A stretch of DNA of 64,000 bases, from NCBI GenBank assembly GCA_000165425.1, contig CT868037.1, forward strand, positions 124,001 to 188,000. The letters are read 5' to 3'. The DNA is from Paramecium tetraurelia. Taxonomy: Eukaryota. The notes under the pieces were generated by a model that worked only from the letters and a program-made list of their open reading frames with translations, did not search any database and had not been told where the DNA came from. The position numbers and the translations under genes are program-made. This document shows positions 14,450 to 29,466 of the stretch, in pieces. Positions within the stretch are counted from its first letter, which is position 1. Each line of letters starts with the position of its first letter.

Positions 14450-16091
14450 ATGAAATAAGCTACGATTTTCTTGTCTGCTGCTTGTCCTTCAACAGATGTG
14501 CACTTGGCCCGTGTGATGTCAACCATTAAGGTAGCCAAACCAGACACTGAATTCCGCTTTGTTGGAATCGGAGGTCCTTAAATGGGCCATGAGGGATTAG
14601 AAACAATTGGAGTAGATTATCACGAATTCCAATACAAACCATTCTTCCCCTTCAGAAATTTCTACAGATTGGCGTACACTCTATTGCTAAGTTAGTACTG
14701 AGAATGCAATGCATCCAGTCCATATGTACAAGAGATGGATCAATAAAAAGGTTTTGAATAAACTTGATAAGTAATACTTCGAAATCGTTTAACATTACCA
14801 ACCATCAGCATTCTTGAATTTCGAAAATGAATTCTTCATGATTCAATTCTACAAGAAATTAAGAGACTCCTATCGTCACTTCAATCGCATTTGTCCTCCC
14901 ACATTCCAATATGGTTTGACCCATAAAGATTAACCTCAATATGGTTAAAAGTACGTAGATCATTGGTTCACCAGAACCCCATTGAGACAAGTACAATATC
15001 ATAAATATCTATTCAAAGAGCAATTGGGAGAAATTCACCTTCCCTCACACACAAGTTGGACCAGATGGACTTTATAGAGCATTCAGACATCTCCTGTCCA
15101 ACAGTCCTCAATACAAGGATTTAGTCACAAATGATACCATCTATCTCCCAGGAGGTGAATTCTTCAGATTTGATGACTTCCTTGCCGATAGAGTCAATGA
15201 ATAAAGAAAGAAATATAGATAATAATAAAACATTGGAGATCAGGAATTACTCATTTTTGTTGCAGGTGGTAATACATCCAAAGAAATACCATTCTGTCTC
15301 AAAACTGTAGCTGAGGGTATCTCAAGATTCCTCAAACTTGATGAAATGAAGAACTACCCAGCTGATCAAATCAAAATCATAGTGTCAGTCCCAGAGTTTG
15401 TTGAACACAAAGACAAAACCATCAAAGCTATCAATTCCTTAAAATGGCCTGCCAAAGTCATCCAAGTCGAAACTGAATCTGAAAAATTCTCAGCCCTTGC
15501 TGCCTCTGATATTGGCTTAGCTTGCAATGGATAAATTGTTGCTGAATGTGCTGCATTCCAATTACCAACTGTATACATTCTATCCCTATGCATATTAGAT
15601 CATCCTTGATCCAAAACCAACTATCCAAATGTATTACACTTCCCTCTACAATAGCATCGATAATGACCTCAACATTGCATACAATGGAATCGTCTATCCG
15701 TAATACTCCTCTTTATTATAATTAGAGAATTGGTCATGTCCACAATCCCAAATAAAATTGCTTACTCTTTATTAGAACATTATTAAGATCCAAAACTCAG
15801 ATATTTCTATGCAAAATAATATGCTCCAGTCTTACAAAAGACCTTAGCCAAAAGTCAATCTGCAGTCCCCACAGAATTAGTATCTTATTCATCAAATCTT
15901 CCTAGGCAAATAGATTCAATAGTGTCTAATTAACTGGCTACAGTTCTGCCTATCAAGTCATTGCCAATACAGTCTTGAAAGCAGCTCAAGTCTATGAACA
16001 CATCCACTCCTAAAGCAATTTTACTACTTAGTAAAATGAAAACTTAAGAATTGAAGCTTTGTAAGGTTTGGGATGGGCTAAAGGATTATGA
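14450..16091 (+). CDS. Lipid-A-disaccharide synthase (LpxB)-like GT-B protein, probably mitochondrial
   Basis: TIFLSAACPSTDVHLARVM...FRFVGIGGPQM; ALAASDIGLACNGQIVAECAAFQLPT; IVYPELV. Confidence 0.8.
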
Positions 16092-19000
16092 AAAAATGGT
16101 CACATTTATAAATCAAAATAATATAATATATATTATATTTCACATTAATGTTACATAGCAATCATTTTTTAAATCTACTCTTTTATATCTGAATGATTTA
16201 CTAAATTAAATAAAAGAAGTGCAGTAGTGGATTACTTAATTACGAAAGTATTACGAATACTATCATTTATTTTCACATATTCTCACTGAATTATCTTAAT
16301 TTATAAACTTTCAATCCATCTACAGATTCCACAATCCTTTCTGTAATATAGGTAAGATTATAATATCAAATAATAATTGGAAGTCTATAAACTAAAGGTT
16401 GAAATCAGATATCCTATCAAAGATATAAATTAATATTTAATTTCTATTTTCAAAGTTATTATAAATGAAAAACTAATGGAAAATTAAAATTCTGACTGTT
16501 TATACTCAAGATAGATAATGTTTGATATAGAAATTATATCTTAAAAGCATGAAGCAATTCAATCAAATAACCATTTAGATAGTTATTCTTCAATATATAG
16601 TCACAAAGGTTAGATTAAAATTTATCATTGTATTATATAATACTCATATGAATAAAAATTCTTTGGTTGCTTTTTAACTATCCACTATTACAATCCATTA
16701 CTGAAATATTAACTCGATATTTTAAATCTCCTCAGGCCATAATTAAAATAAATATATCGTTTATTTTTTAGGAAGATAAAATTTCCCAATAATCTGCTTA
16801 GTAATTTACTATTAGAAAGCAGATATTTAATTTTTTAATTGCAATATATTTATATTACTTTTAATTTCTAATTCAAAAATTCAAAGCATTGCTATGCAAT
16901 ATTATTGATTCGATTCATGTATTGAAGAAATTCCTTATTCAATCCAAAAATATATTTATTTCTTATTATTGACTCTAACATTATAATGCAATGACCACAT
17001 AACACTTATCATTTAATTAAAATGAATAAGCTTCATTTAGTTTATAAAAAAGATACAAAGGAGATTTTCAAAATATCTGTTTATATCTTATCTCTTTTAA
17101 AATGTCCAACTCATCAATCTATCTTAATTCTTACTCATGGAGTAACAGAAATAACTTAACCATACTTACGTTTGATAAATATGTTATAAAAGACATTTAA
17201 AATACAATAGTAAAAATCAGCTTCTAATCTTTTCGAAAAAAGACTTAATCTTACGCTCACTATACCCTGTCATTAAGTCTGTTTGAGTTCCCATGTTAAA
17301 TAAACAAACTGAGGGAACTTAAGCCTTCTAATAATAATCAATTATAACTTATACCACGCATTAATGCACCACGTCATAAAGCTCATCATTGTTCACGTTA
17401 ACTAAAACCAACTACCATTTTTCGGTATTCTTCTCAGCCTCTTAAATTAATTATGGATTGAGTTTGCGGCATGGGGCACACCTAAATATAATTTGTTCAA
17501 CAAAATACCAATCAGCAAAAAAACTGACTACGACAGGTCTCTAATTGTTGACTACCTATTCAAACCAATCCTTTAGTGTATTTATTTCTAAGCAATTCAT
17601 TAAAATATAAAATAATGCTTTGCCTTCAAAAAAATTAGAACCAGTTTAAAAGATTGGATAATATGTAATATGTATGATTTAATAACAAAATATTATATAT
17701 TTCCATAAATCAACGTATGAAAAATTAAATATTCTATGCAAAGTTTAAATAAAAGAAAGCGCTTTCTCAAACAGTTAATAAAATAATATATTCACAAATT
17801 CAAAACCAAGAATCATTAAACTAATATTCCAAGAAAATCATTGATCACATTCCACTTTTTCATAGCTAGAATTCAATTTAATCATTGTGATTCTCATATG
17901 ATAATGATTCTATATATTTTAGAAATACTTAAAATAATTTTTTTTAAATAATAATATATAGTTTATAATATAACTACAAAATTACTATTGAAAAAATATG
18001 ATTTTTAATTAGTAAATGTTTAGCAACAGTTAAAATAGCATTACAAAATGAAAAAATCCAATTCGATCACCATTCAAAAATTAACATAAGTCAAGATTTA
18101 AGATTATTTTCAATGAATCTACCTATTTTTTATTTTTCAAGTAATCATCAAAACATAGATTAAAAATATCAATTTGTTATTTCTAAATTGTTTTAAGTTA
18201 ATATAATGTAAAGTAAATCTACTAATAATGAGTCTAAATTGCAATTATATTGATATTATATGCATATTTATGAAGTTTCTTTAAAAAATCAATCTACTTT
18301 ATGATCTGGACTTTATTTTAGATGGCTCTATGAAGTCTTTTTTTATAACCGTATTGAAAGCTTATTTAATGAAAAAAAATAGGATAGAAGAATGTATTGT
18401 TATCTTTAAACAGAGTAAATTAAATTAAGAATGTTTTCAAGATTTATTTAGGCGTTTTTCTATAGGATTAATTCACTTTCACAACAACTGATTTTAAGTT
18501 AAGTCTGCATTAGTTTTCATTAGCTATTTATAGATATTCTTTAATTAGAGGGATTATTAAACTTATTATTCAAGATATATATTAGAAATTAATATTAGAC
18601 GTATTAAAAAGGAAACATATATCCTATCTCTTGCAATTGCTATGTCTTTGGATATCTAACTTTTCGGTTCTTAGACTTTCCCTTTGATAAGGGTATAAAG
18701 TTAGTTTTTATGATGAAAGGAATCAGAAATACCATCAGAAGAAATTGCTTAGTTGACGACATTTTTGAAATTCTAAATTAGAGAGAATATGAAGAATAAG
18801 TAATTTTTTATAAATCATATGATGATCTTTTGAGATGAGCTCTTGTTTGTCCGCACATTAAGATTAAAGCATTTTGTTAAGATTTAACAATATTATTGAA
18901 ATATCTTTTTTTAATAAATCTGTTCTTCCAAATAAGGCTTAGTTTAGCTTTTAGTTTTCTTAACTTATAATTTCTGTCTTTCTGTTATGAATAAATTTGA

Positions 19001-19189
19001 TATTTATAAATAAAACGTTTTTTAATATCCAACTTAGATTATACATTTCATTTATGGTGTCTTAAAAATGCTGTTTCGGCTTCCCATTATGAATTAAAGA
19101 AATGAAGCATAGAGAAGCTGAAAAGAATTAAGTGTTAGAATATTAATATTAATAAATTTAATTATTCGATCTCTAATAGAATTTGGTTC

Positions 19190-20993
19190 ATGGAAGCATT
19201 TAGTGTAATTTTAATCGTCTTGATTGCTATTGTAATATTAGGCTTTATCATTTACCTCATAAAGATAAATATTACAAAAAAATAAAGCAATTAAAAATAT
19301 CAAATTAGCGAGAAAGGTGAAAAGGGATATATTAATCCTAAAGACTAATAAACCTAAAACAAAAATAATCAAAACAAAGAAAAAAATAATTAATTAGATT
19401 ACAAACATAATTCTGAGTTGAAAAAAAATGCGAATCCAAATAATCTTTAAAATAATAGATAACAAAATAATTTATAATAAGCAGATGAATTAAAATTATA
19501 ATCACAGAATATCACTCATGAATCACCAACATTAGAAAAGTTTGACTCTCAACTACCTATTTCATAAAATAATCAATAATAGAATTATCCAGAAATGCCA
19601 TTAGGTAATCAAAATGATTATTAATAATAAATTAACCAGAATTCACAATTATACAATAGTAAAAATGACTAAGAATAAAATATTGAAAATGATTTATTAT
19701 ATAAAAATAAGGATAATTAATTACAAAATAATCTAAATGGTTATTTAATTAATGAGGATAGCTAAGAACAAAATTAAGTTAATAATTAAATATTTAGGGA
19801 AAATTAATAACCAAATAATAAGGATGCAAATAGATCAAAAAATACTCAGGATAAAGATGAAGTAGTGATAAAAATATGGGGAGAAAGTTAAGAAAACACC
19901 GTGATCAATTAAGAGTATCATCCAAAAAAATAGATTCAATAAGTCATATCCTAAATCATTAATGATAACTAATAAGATAACACTCTTTCAAGTTTTAAAT
20001 CAAAACCTGAGCCTATACCTAAACCAGAGCCTGAGCCTATACTTTAACCCAAGCCTATACCCAAATCTAAGTATATACCCAAATCTAAGTATATACCCAA
20101 ATCTAAGTATATACCTAAATCTGAGTATATACCTAAACCTGAGCCTATACCTTAACCCGAGCCGATACCTGTACCTGATCCATTAAAGCGAATAATTGCT
20201 GAGACTTCTAAAAAACGAAAAGTAGCAGTTGAATATAAATATTATATCAGAAAATTTTAGAATAAATCAGAATTAAAAAAACATTATGGCCTAACATTAA
20301 AAGCAAGTGCAGAGTTATATAAATATTGCAATGCATTTAGAGAAGTAAGAGGAGATGGTAATTGCTTTTATACTGCTTTTGGATTTTAATTCTTATCTAT
20401 TTTACTATTTAAGTATTCCTTAGACTAATTTAATGATTTTTTTAATAAAATTAGACAAATTGAGTTGCCAATGAAAATATTTGTTCCTGGTACAAATTTA
20501 AAAATTGATGATAAAGAATTAGAAAAATAACTATTAAATGAATTTTAACGTAGAATAACTAAACTAAAACTTATAAAAGATATAAACTAAAGAGAAGAAT
20601 AATTTCGTACTGAATTTGCTGCCTATGAATAATAATCAGATGAAATAGATGGATGTTTATATGGATTATCAACTTTATTTTTTAGAAATTATTCTAATTA
20701 CGCTGTCGATTTTAGTGATGCCAAAGATGCAGTATATGATAGAGTAAACTTATTAAATTGGGAAGTAGAATGTAATAGCAATGAAGTTGTTATTGCAGAA
20801 TTAGCTAAACAATTAAATATGTACATATTTATTATCTATTATAAGTTTTGTTTAATTAATTTATATAAAAAATAAAGAAAATGTAGTCATTAGGAATTAT
20901 GGAATCAATGAACATCATAAAATTATATTATTAGAGCAGCCTGGACATTATAACATTGGTTATTTTTAATCCGAAAATAACCTGAATTAATGA
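19190..20993 (+). CDS. Membrane-anchored otubain-like (peptidase C65/OTU) deubiquitinase, copy A (~592 aa)
   Basis: N-terminal TM (FSVILIVLIAIVILGFIIYLI), N/Q-rich linker, Pro-rich repeats, FREVRGDGNCFY and PGHYNIGY motifs; 25-nt intron at 20821-20845. Confidence 0.85.
20000..20182 (+). repeat. 18-nt coding minisatellite (PKPEPI/PKSKYI hexapeptides)
   Basis: Tandem units such as cctaaacctgagcctata and cccaaatctaagtatata. Confidence 0.9.
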
Positions 20994-22083
20994 TTTATTA
21001 ATTAAATAATTAATTAAATATTTTTTATATTATATTTATTTTTACTTTCTTCTTATATATATTTGTTAATTGCATATTATAATATTATTATCTGCAATAT
21101 TTAAATTATGTAACTCTATAAATGTGTTTTATAGGTATAACAAAAACCTTCAGAATGGTATAATTGAAAGAAGTAAAGTTTTTTGAGAAAAGAATGTGTT
21201 GGCAGGATAACGGAATGTAAGAAATATATTTTGTTAGGTAAGAGTTCATTTTTTAAACCAAGGAATTAGGAGTAAAAATAACAATTAAATATTAGGATTC
21301 ATTGTTAACATGTCTTTGAATTTAAATGATATTTTTTTATTAGTTCATTTAATTTTCTCAATTAGTGTACCTTGATATAGCTTTTAAGGTATGATTTTAT
21401 TCTTTCAAGTCATACAAAATTACATTCTCATCGTACTTAGTGGTTTTTATAAGAAAAAGAGTTTAGTAGTAAATTCTTATAATTTAATATTTCATAGGAA
21501 AATATTAATAAATAAATAACTTTAGGAATAATATTAATCATAGTAAATCTTTAAATGTATAATGTAAAAAATTATACATTATTTCTCTTAAATGAATATT
21601 ATTAAAAGAGAAGTAAGATCTCTAAAAATCTTTTTAATTCAGAATTGTAGATATATTAAAAAATTAATTCTCTTTAAATGAAACTAAATATGAAAAGCCT
21701 TCAATTATATTATAATCTTCGATTTAATTAATTATAATTAATAGTGTATTAGAATAATGAGTGACTTATTTCGAAATTGTTATTTATTAGAAATCTACAG
21801 CAATTTTTAAAAGAAATTACAACCAAAAAATTTAAAGAAAGAGAAGGATTCTATTAAATTGAATACTTCAAAGGGTATCTTATTTAATAATGTAATGTTT
21901 AAATAATATCAAAATTGATTTTTCTTTTTTAAGGTAAAAAATAATTCTATTAAAATATTTTAAGAGATAAGTCATAAAAGAGAACGGAATAATGATTAAT
22001 ATATGTCAAAAATTTCGAATCCACTATCTGATTGAGAATAAAAATATTATTTTTTAAGATAATTATTTAAAATAATATATATA

Positions 22084-23882
22084 ATGATGCAAAATAGTTC
22101 ATTATGTATAGACTTATCAAAGATCTCTACATTTAAGAAGGAATATAAAATGATTCTTTCTCACTTATTTCAGTAGTACTAAAAGATATAGGACAAGCTA
22201 TCGTTGAAGTATGAAAAATATCGTAAATAGAGTCCCTTATTGCAATCATTTTAAACTAGCTAAAATATTTAAAATAAGCGAGATTAATTAGGAGGATAGT
22301 TTAAAAATTGACTACTATTATGATGGTCTCAATGGAGAATAGGTGAAAATAATAATGAAGGAGCCTGAGGGGAAACAAGATGGTTTTATCAATGACTTCA
22401 AACTTGAATAATAAGACGTGTTGATGGCAAAATAAGTGTTACAATGTCTAATCGAAACATTTCATTGGACTGCTAATTTTGGGTATTCTATTGGATTAAT
22501 TTCAGGCAGTTTTTGGATCCTACAAAGGAAAATTTAATTTATCATAAGGAATAAGATTTCTTTTTGTTAATTCCAAACTTTAAATTGATCACCAAATATC
22601 TTCTTAAAGATAAGTTAGAGTTTAATTGGGAGAAGTTTGTGAATTACAGACTCTAAATGTATTAAAATGCGGTAATGAATGCATAATAATATGAAGACTT
22701 ATAAATTTTTTTAGGAATTTTTGGACACTTTCTTAAATTTTGTGAAGGAACAAGATGATGACAAACAATTTTACAAAAAATAATTTGCGATTTTACCGAG
22801 GAATATTCAGAATATCGAAGAAATATTAGAGATTAATGATTATTATGCTGGAGTTGATAGTTTGTATTCAGAGGATTCAGTCAAAAAGAAGTCATGGCGA
22901 TATAGTTTTAAATAGAGCATGATCCTGTATTAATTAGACTCGAACAAAGACCTTCGTGATTTATTTTTAGAGAAGAAACGAATTGATTAGGAACAATTTC
23001 GGATTGGGAAACAATAGCCTAATATTACAACTTAGACTGAGAATTTGCTTGCATTTTTAAGGGCTTTGTCAGATATAGAGTCAGAGAGTCATGATGTGTT
23101 GACTAGTTTTGCGTTGAAGATCAAATCTTATTTGGATACCAGAGAGGAATTAAGATTCAAAGAAAATCGAGTGGCTGCTGTTTTCAGACCTAATTACAAA
23201 CATGTTGTGAGTAGAAATAAGATGATAGATATTGCGAAGTAATAACAACAAGACAAATCAAAAATTGATAAATAGAAAATTGATATTGAGTAAAACAATG
23301 GGAATTTTGATTTTGTATGGTAATCCGACATAAATTCTTTGAACATCATTTCCTAATTTATTCAATCAGGTAGAAATGGAGGGGACGCTCAAAGCTCGAT
23401 GAAAATGGGTGCTGATGGTAAACAATTGATTTTAAAATACAAATTCGAATTATTGGAGCAAAAGAATTGCTACATTGTGAGAACTTTGATTCCAGAAATC
23501 CTGTTTACAATAGAAACTGCAGATGACATAATGTTCTTAGTGAATGTTCTTTAGAAGGAACAAGGTTAGACGAATTTGTATGTAGATGACAACAGAAGGC
23601 TTATGCTATATTCATCCATAGTTATGGTAAATTAATGATCTATGTTAGGGGTAAAAAATAGAGATACTTAGTGCCATAGTGAAGATTATAGACATACATC
23701 AGATCTATTTTTATTTGATTCTGGAATTCTATGCTAAGAACATAGCAGTAGGTAGATGTGTCCGAGAGTTGAAATACCAACATTTTGTAAGGGAGTTGTT
23801 GCATTATGTGCAAGATTATGAGAATGATTTTGAGAGTCAGATGAAAAACATAATGAGTGATAAGATATAAATTGGATTTTGA
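22084..23882 (+). CDS. Hypothetical protein
   Basis: Long code-6 frame with tiny introns; no recognised motif. Confidence 0.6.
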
Positions 23883-23933
23883 AGTTCAATACCTATTAAA
23901 TAATTGAATTTTACATTATTATTATTTATAAAA

Positions 23934-25171
23934 ATGAGTCAATAGGATGAAGGGGAAGAGAAGCAGGATGTAGAGTAAGTTGAACCAGTCGAACCTGAGG
24001 AGCCAGATGTACCACAAGATGAGTACTATGCTCCAGAAGCACTATAAATTCAAAAGTTACATAATGATATCAAGGAGGGACTTAAGAGAATTGGTAAAAC
24101 TGCCAATTTAAGTGGGTACACATTTGTGGAATTACTATGTGAAAATAAAGTACAATTTTGTTAAAGCAACCTAGAAAATAGACAAGTTGTTCAATGTCAT
24201 GCTGGATTATGTGAATTTGAGAAAAATTAGTTTCGCAAATAATCTTTTGCAAGATGTGAACAGTCTGTAGACTATAAAGTACTTAACGAATTTGAATTTG
24301 TCATTCAATCAAATAAATAATTTGGATTGTTTCAATGTTCCAAATACATTCGAATTCTTGGATGAGTTAAATTTGGACAATAACAAAATTACAAACTTTG
24401 GATAAATCAACGTCCCTAGATTAAAGAAGTTGTCATTGAAAAATAATTTAATTAAGAGTGCACAAGGATTTAATGGACATAATACCCTTGAAATTCTTGA
24501 GTTAAGAAACAATAAATTAGAATCATTTGAAGGGTAATATTGGATATAGATAAATATTTAGATTTTAGAATTTATTGAAGCTTAAACAGATATGGGCTGC
24601 CCAAAATGCCATCATTTCAATTTGGCATTTGGATCAATTACCTGAATTGCACACATTGCATTTAAGAGCAAACAAAATTGTTGTCCTAACAGAAATCCCA
24701 AATTTACCAAAATTACACCATCTTAATCTTAGAGCGAATTTGATTGAAAAATTGGATGAATTTAATAATCTCAAATCTTTGGAGAGTCTTAAATCAATTA
24801 CTATGCATGAAAATCCAATTGCAACTGAAATGGGAGATGGAATAAGAAAAGAAATTATTATGATTCTTCAGTAGATCGAAAGAGTCAATAAAGAGCCAGT
24901 CCCCCCAGAAGAAAAGGCAGATGCACTAGCAGAATTAAAGGAGAGAATAGCTGCTGCCATTCAAAAGAAGAAAGAAGAAGAAGAGGAGGCCGCAAGATTA
25001 GCTGAAGAAGCAAGATAGGCTGAGGAAGCTCGATTAGCTGAGGAGGCTGCCAAGGCTAAGGAATTAGAAGCTGAATAGGCTGCTGCTGAATAAGAGGCAG
25101 CAGATAAAGCTGCTACTGAAGGAAAGTAAAATTAACCTAAGGTGGAGTAAGAAGATGATGAGGACGCTTGA
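23934..25171 (+). CDS. Leucine-rich repeat protein, LRRC23-like (ciliary), with Ala/Glu-rich helical tail
   Basis: SDS22-type LRRs (LHTLHLRANKI, LHHLNLRANLI), LRRcap ENPIA, N-terminal 'KEGLKRIGKTANLSGYTFVEL'. Confidence 0.75.
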
Positions 25172-25201
25172 TTATTAAAAATTTAAAATAAATTTCAATA
25201 A

Positions 25202-27053
25202 ATGCATCAATAATAGGATGAGCAGAAAAGATCTCTAGTGCAGGAGAAAATGTAGATGAAGTAACAAGGAATAGACAATGGGAATTTGAGGAAAATCAAT
25301 GATGAGGACATCTAGAAGATCTAGGCTTATGAATAGATGCAAATAGAGAATGCAATGAAAAACTCAACCTGGAGTACTCTAATGTTGTTAAAAAGCAAGG
25401 AGATTGTCAAATCAAAGTAAAAATGGTGTATTGATATTTTTAGATGGAGACCAAAAAAGAAATAAAGATTGTGGGATTAATATAAAATTGATAAGATCTT
25501 GAAGAAGTATTCCATCATGATAGAAGGCAACGATCCTCCCCCTCCAATTAAATCATTCTAAGACTTACGAGTCGATCACAGAATTTTGAAAATCCTCAGC
25601 AAAATGAAAATTAAGAAACCAACTCCAATTCAAATGCAAGGATTACCAGCTGTGTATCCAATGTTCTTTATATATTTAAGCTTAATGGGAAGAGACATTA
25701 TAGGAGTGGCACCAAGTGGTTAAGGCAAAACCTTAGTGTTTTTGTTGCCCGCTTTATTATAATGCATAGAAGAAGAAATGAAAATGCCAGTAATCAGAGG
25801 TGAAGGACCATTTGCTTTGATATTGCTCCCATCCCATGAATTGGCAATTTTAACCTATGAGTTGGCAAAACAATATTGCCAGAAATTCTAAAAGAAAGTA
25901 ATGAATATATTCAATAGATAGGGATTCCCAGCTATACATTGTCTCTTAGGAATCGGAGGTATGGATATGTCATCACAGTTGCAATCAATAAGAAATGGAG
26001 TTCACATCGTAATTGGAACTCCTGGCAGAATTAGCGACATGGTAAATAAGAAAAAAATCAATATGGATTTGTGCAGATTCATAGTTCTGGATGAAGCTGA
26101 CAGAATGTTGGATTAAGTGTTTGAATTGGAAATTAGAAATATTTTAGAGCATTTCACAGTATGATAAATTAACTGATACCTTAGTTTAGGGTCCTAGATA
26201 AACTATGTTATTCAGTGCTACTCTCCCAAAGAAAATATAAGAATTCACAAAACAAACATTAGTCGACCCATTAGTGATTAATGTAGGTAGAAGTGGTTAA
26301 ATTAACTTGAATGTGATCCAGGAAATATTATATGTTAAACAGGAAGAAAAATTACATTATTTATTAGATTGTCTCAAAAAAACTACTCCCCCTGTTGTCA
26401 TATTTAGTGAGCATTAAAATGATGTTGATGACATCAATGAATATCTCTTAATCAAAGGAGTTGAAGTAGTTGGATTGCATGGAGGAAAACAATAGGAGGA
26501 TAGAACTAAGGCATTGAAGCAGTTCTTAAATGGGCAAAAAGATGTCTTGGTGGCTACTGATGTGGCTGCTAAAGGATTGGATTTTCCTGACATTAAACAT
26601 GTTATCAATTATGATATGCCAAAAGATGTACTAGATTATTCTTATTTAGATCGAATCTTACATTCACAGAATTGGAAGAACTGGAAGACAAGGCAAAACA
26701 GGTAGGGCAACAACATTTGTCAATAGATAATAGGAAGAGTCCATTCTATTAGATTTAAAGTATCTACTTGTGGAATCCAAATAAAGTAATTACATATCAT
26801 CATTTCTAGAAATTCCTTAATTTTTGGAGAAACTCAAATCAGATGAGGATTTGAATGGCTCATGTGGTTATTGTGATGGAATGGGACACAGGATGGCTAA
26901 TTGTCCAAAACTAGAAAAGTAGAAGATGAGAGTATATTCATTATTCATACTTAGATTCTAACTAATCCAAACAAAGAAAGTTGTCCAGATTTCCTCAAAG
27001 GTTAAGACTATAGAGAGAGTTAAAGTGCCGAAAGATAAAATTAAATGGGATGA
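25202..27053 (+). CDS. DDX41: DEAD-box RNA helicase DDX41/Abstrakt
   Basis: [44 protein letters not shown]-terminal Zn knuckle [17 protein letters not shown]. Confidence 0.93.
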
Positions 27054-28854
27054 TCTGAATTAATGTTCAAATTCGAATTTCAGTTATAATAACTAATTTT
27101 TTCTTGGTTTCTTCTATCTCTTGCATTAAATATTTATTAATACATTTTTAACAATATAATTCACTATAAATAATTTAAATTCAATAGTTTTTGATCATCA
27201 TCGTTAGAAGTTTGATATAATTCCATATATTAAGTTAATTATTGCAGTCAGAAAATTAATTCCTTTATAAAATAATTTTTTAAATCCTAAGGAAAATTAA
27301 TAAATTATGATATTATTAAATTTTGACTGAATCGTATGGAAAAATATTCATTTTTGATCATCAAAGTCAGTTTCGATTTATTCTATCTTACAATTTCTTC
27401 CTCATCTGAAGATTTTTCTTAGATTGCAAAATCAAGTTAATCTGAACTTATTGTGTTTTATAGTCCTCATAAGCCTGATTACCTTAGAGAGAGAGAGACT
27501 GCCACTTGTATATTCCACTATGTTTGTTTGTTTTTAATTTAAATTATAATGTTTAATATAAAAACATCATACTCAGGGTTAGAACCTAATTCCAAATTAG
27601 TAGTTTATTTAGATTTAATTACCTTCTTTTAAGTAAAACGAATCTTCTGCCATCAAATGATTTAACATATATAAGTTCCTAAATTTATTAATCGATTTAT
27701 ATTCCTTAAATTCCTTTAAGTAGATCTTTACGAATTAGATCTTAAGTTTTATTATTAATCAATTAGGTTTTCCTTTCTTTTAATTATCAATAATTCTAAT
27801 GATATTTTTAATAAAACAGTTTATGCAGATGTAAATTCGAAATATGCAAATATTCTTAGAAATTTTATTTTATAAATTTCAGCCTAGCTCTAGAATAAAT
27901 TCCAATAATATTTAGGATGGGCTCATCTTCAGACAAAAGATGGCTAAATTCAAGTTTTCTTACATTATTATATAGTTATGTCCTAAGTAATAAGGTTAAG
28001 CCAAGAGCAAAACAAATTTATAATACCATCACATGCAATTAAAAGTTACCATATATAAATATATAAGAGTCTATCAAACTAAGTTTGTATTTGCAAGTAT
28101 CAGTAACTTTCATCCATGCTCCAAAGTAATTTGCTTGATTTATGAATTTTTTTTAATTTGATCCAGTAGCATAGGTTGGTATTGATCTAAATAGTAATTA
28201 GATATTAAGCTTATACCTTTTAAATTCTGTTTATTTGAGGCATCATAATTATTATTGATAATAACTCCAAATACACCTAAATAATCTCTGGCATATAAAA
28301 TCTTTATATGGATTTTTTTTCACTTCATTATAATCAGTTAAAATAGAGGTGATATTCAAATAATCTACAATTAATCGCTAAATATCTTTATTTTAGGAAA
28401 AAACTATTTTTTGATTAAAATATGAATAAATTAAATTATAAACTTATATAGTATATATTCACAATACTGTTGGGTTAAATATGAATCTCAATTATAAATG
28501 TTGAATTAAATTAAAGGAGTTAAATAACAACCGTTACATTTATGCTGCTCTAAAGAATATTTTATAAATTTAACAGGTAGATTGATGTAAAGTCATAGAG
28601 GTGTTTAAATTTATAAGATACTTTCAGAATGGAGTCTCATAATCTCATTCTATTTATGAACTTATTAATACATAAGCACTTAAATACTTAAAAATATAAC
28701 ATCTAAGTAAGTGAGAACTTAATATTTTGATTGAATGAGAGAATATAATCTAATTCATAGAGGTATTTTGTAAGATTATTGATTCTCATATTTGATATAT
28801 TTAGTTTGTAAAATAAACAAATATTATAATATAATTGCATAATTATTCAAACTG

Positions 28855-29303
28855 TCACTTTCCTTTTCTGCTTTGTCTTTCAGCTCTTCTTTTTTTCCAC
28901 AATTAAGCACCTAGCGGAGAAGCTATTTCTTCTGGAATTTGTGGATTTTGTTAGATGAAGTCTATGACCTTTTTTGCTTCTGCATGGTTGAATTGGTAAT
29001 CAAGAACTTGTTAGCACTCGTCATTAGTATCAGCTACTTGTTGTTGAATAGCTTACATTTCATATCGACATCTTTGGAGAGAAGAATGAGTTAATCCTGC
29101 AACTTGGTCTCTGTAATTCTTTTTTGATTGTAGTCATCAATAAGCTCGAAAATATACCTATCATCCAAAATGACAAGCTATGTAATGCTAGATGGGATTA
29201 CTTTTTTGAGTGCTCTTCTTTCGATATCATTAATTCTCTTATTTCTGGACAAGGCGCAAATCTCGTAATAGAGTTGTGAGGTGGGTAGATGCAAATTTTA
29301 CAT
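28855..29303 (-). CDS. Small hypothetical protein (~134 aa, 2 introns)
   Basis: MQNLHLPTSQLYYEIC...IASPLGAQLWKKRR; canonical tiny introns restore the frame. Confidence 0.6.
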
Positions 29304-29466
29304 TAATTAATAATGTATGGTTGAATGGTTGTGTTGGTTTTTTCACAAATAAAGGATAGAGTTCTGATGTTATAATATCAAAATCAGTACTTAATTGCCT
29401 TATCGAATCAATGGCAGAAAAGGGGATCGGGGATTAAAATCCGTTTTTATTTTATAATTAAAAATT

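Noticed and set aside
19962..20186. 'LSLYLNP' repeat ORFs (also 48330-48590)
   Set aside because: Wrong-frame reading of the PKPEPI array inside the otubain genes
27150..28850. Coding-like minus-strand fragments after DDX41
   Set aside because: Could not build a continuous frame; possibly a decayed gene
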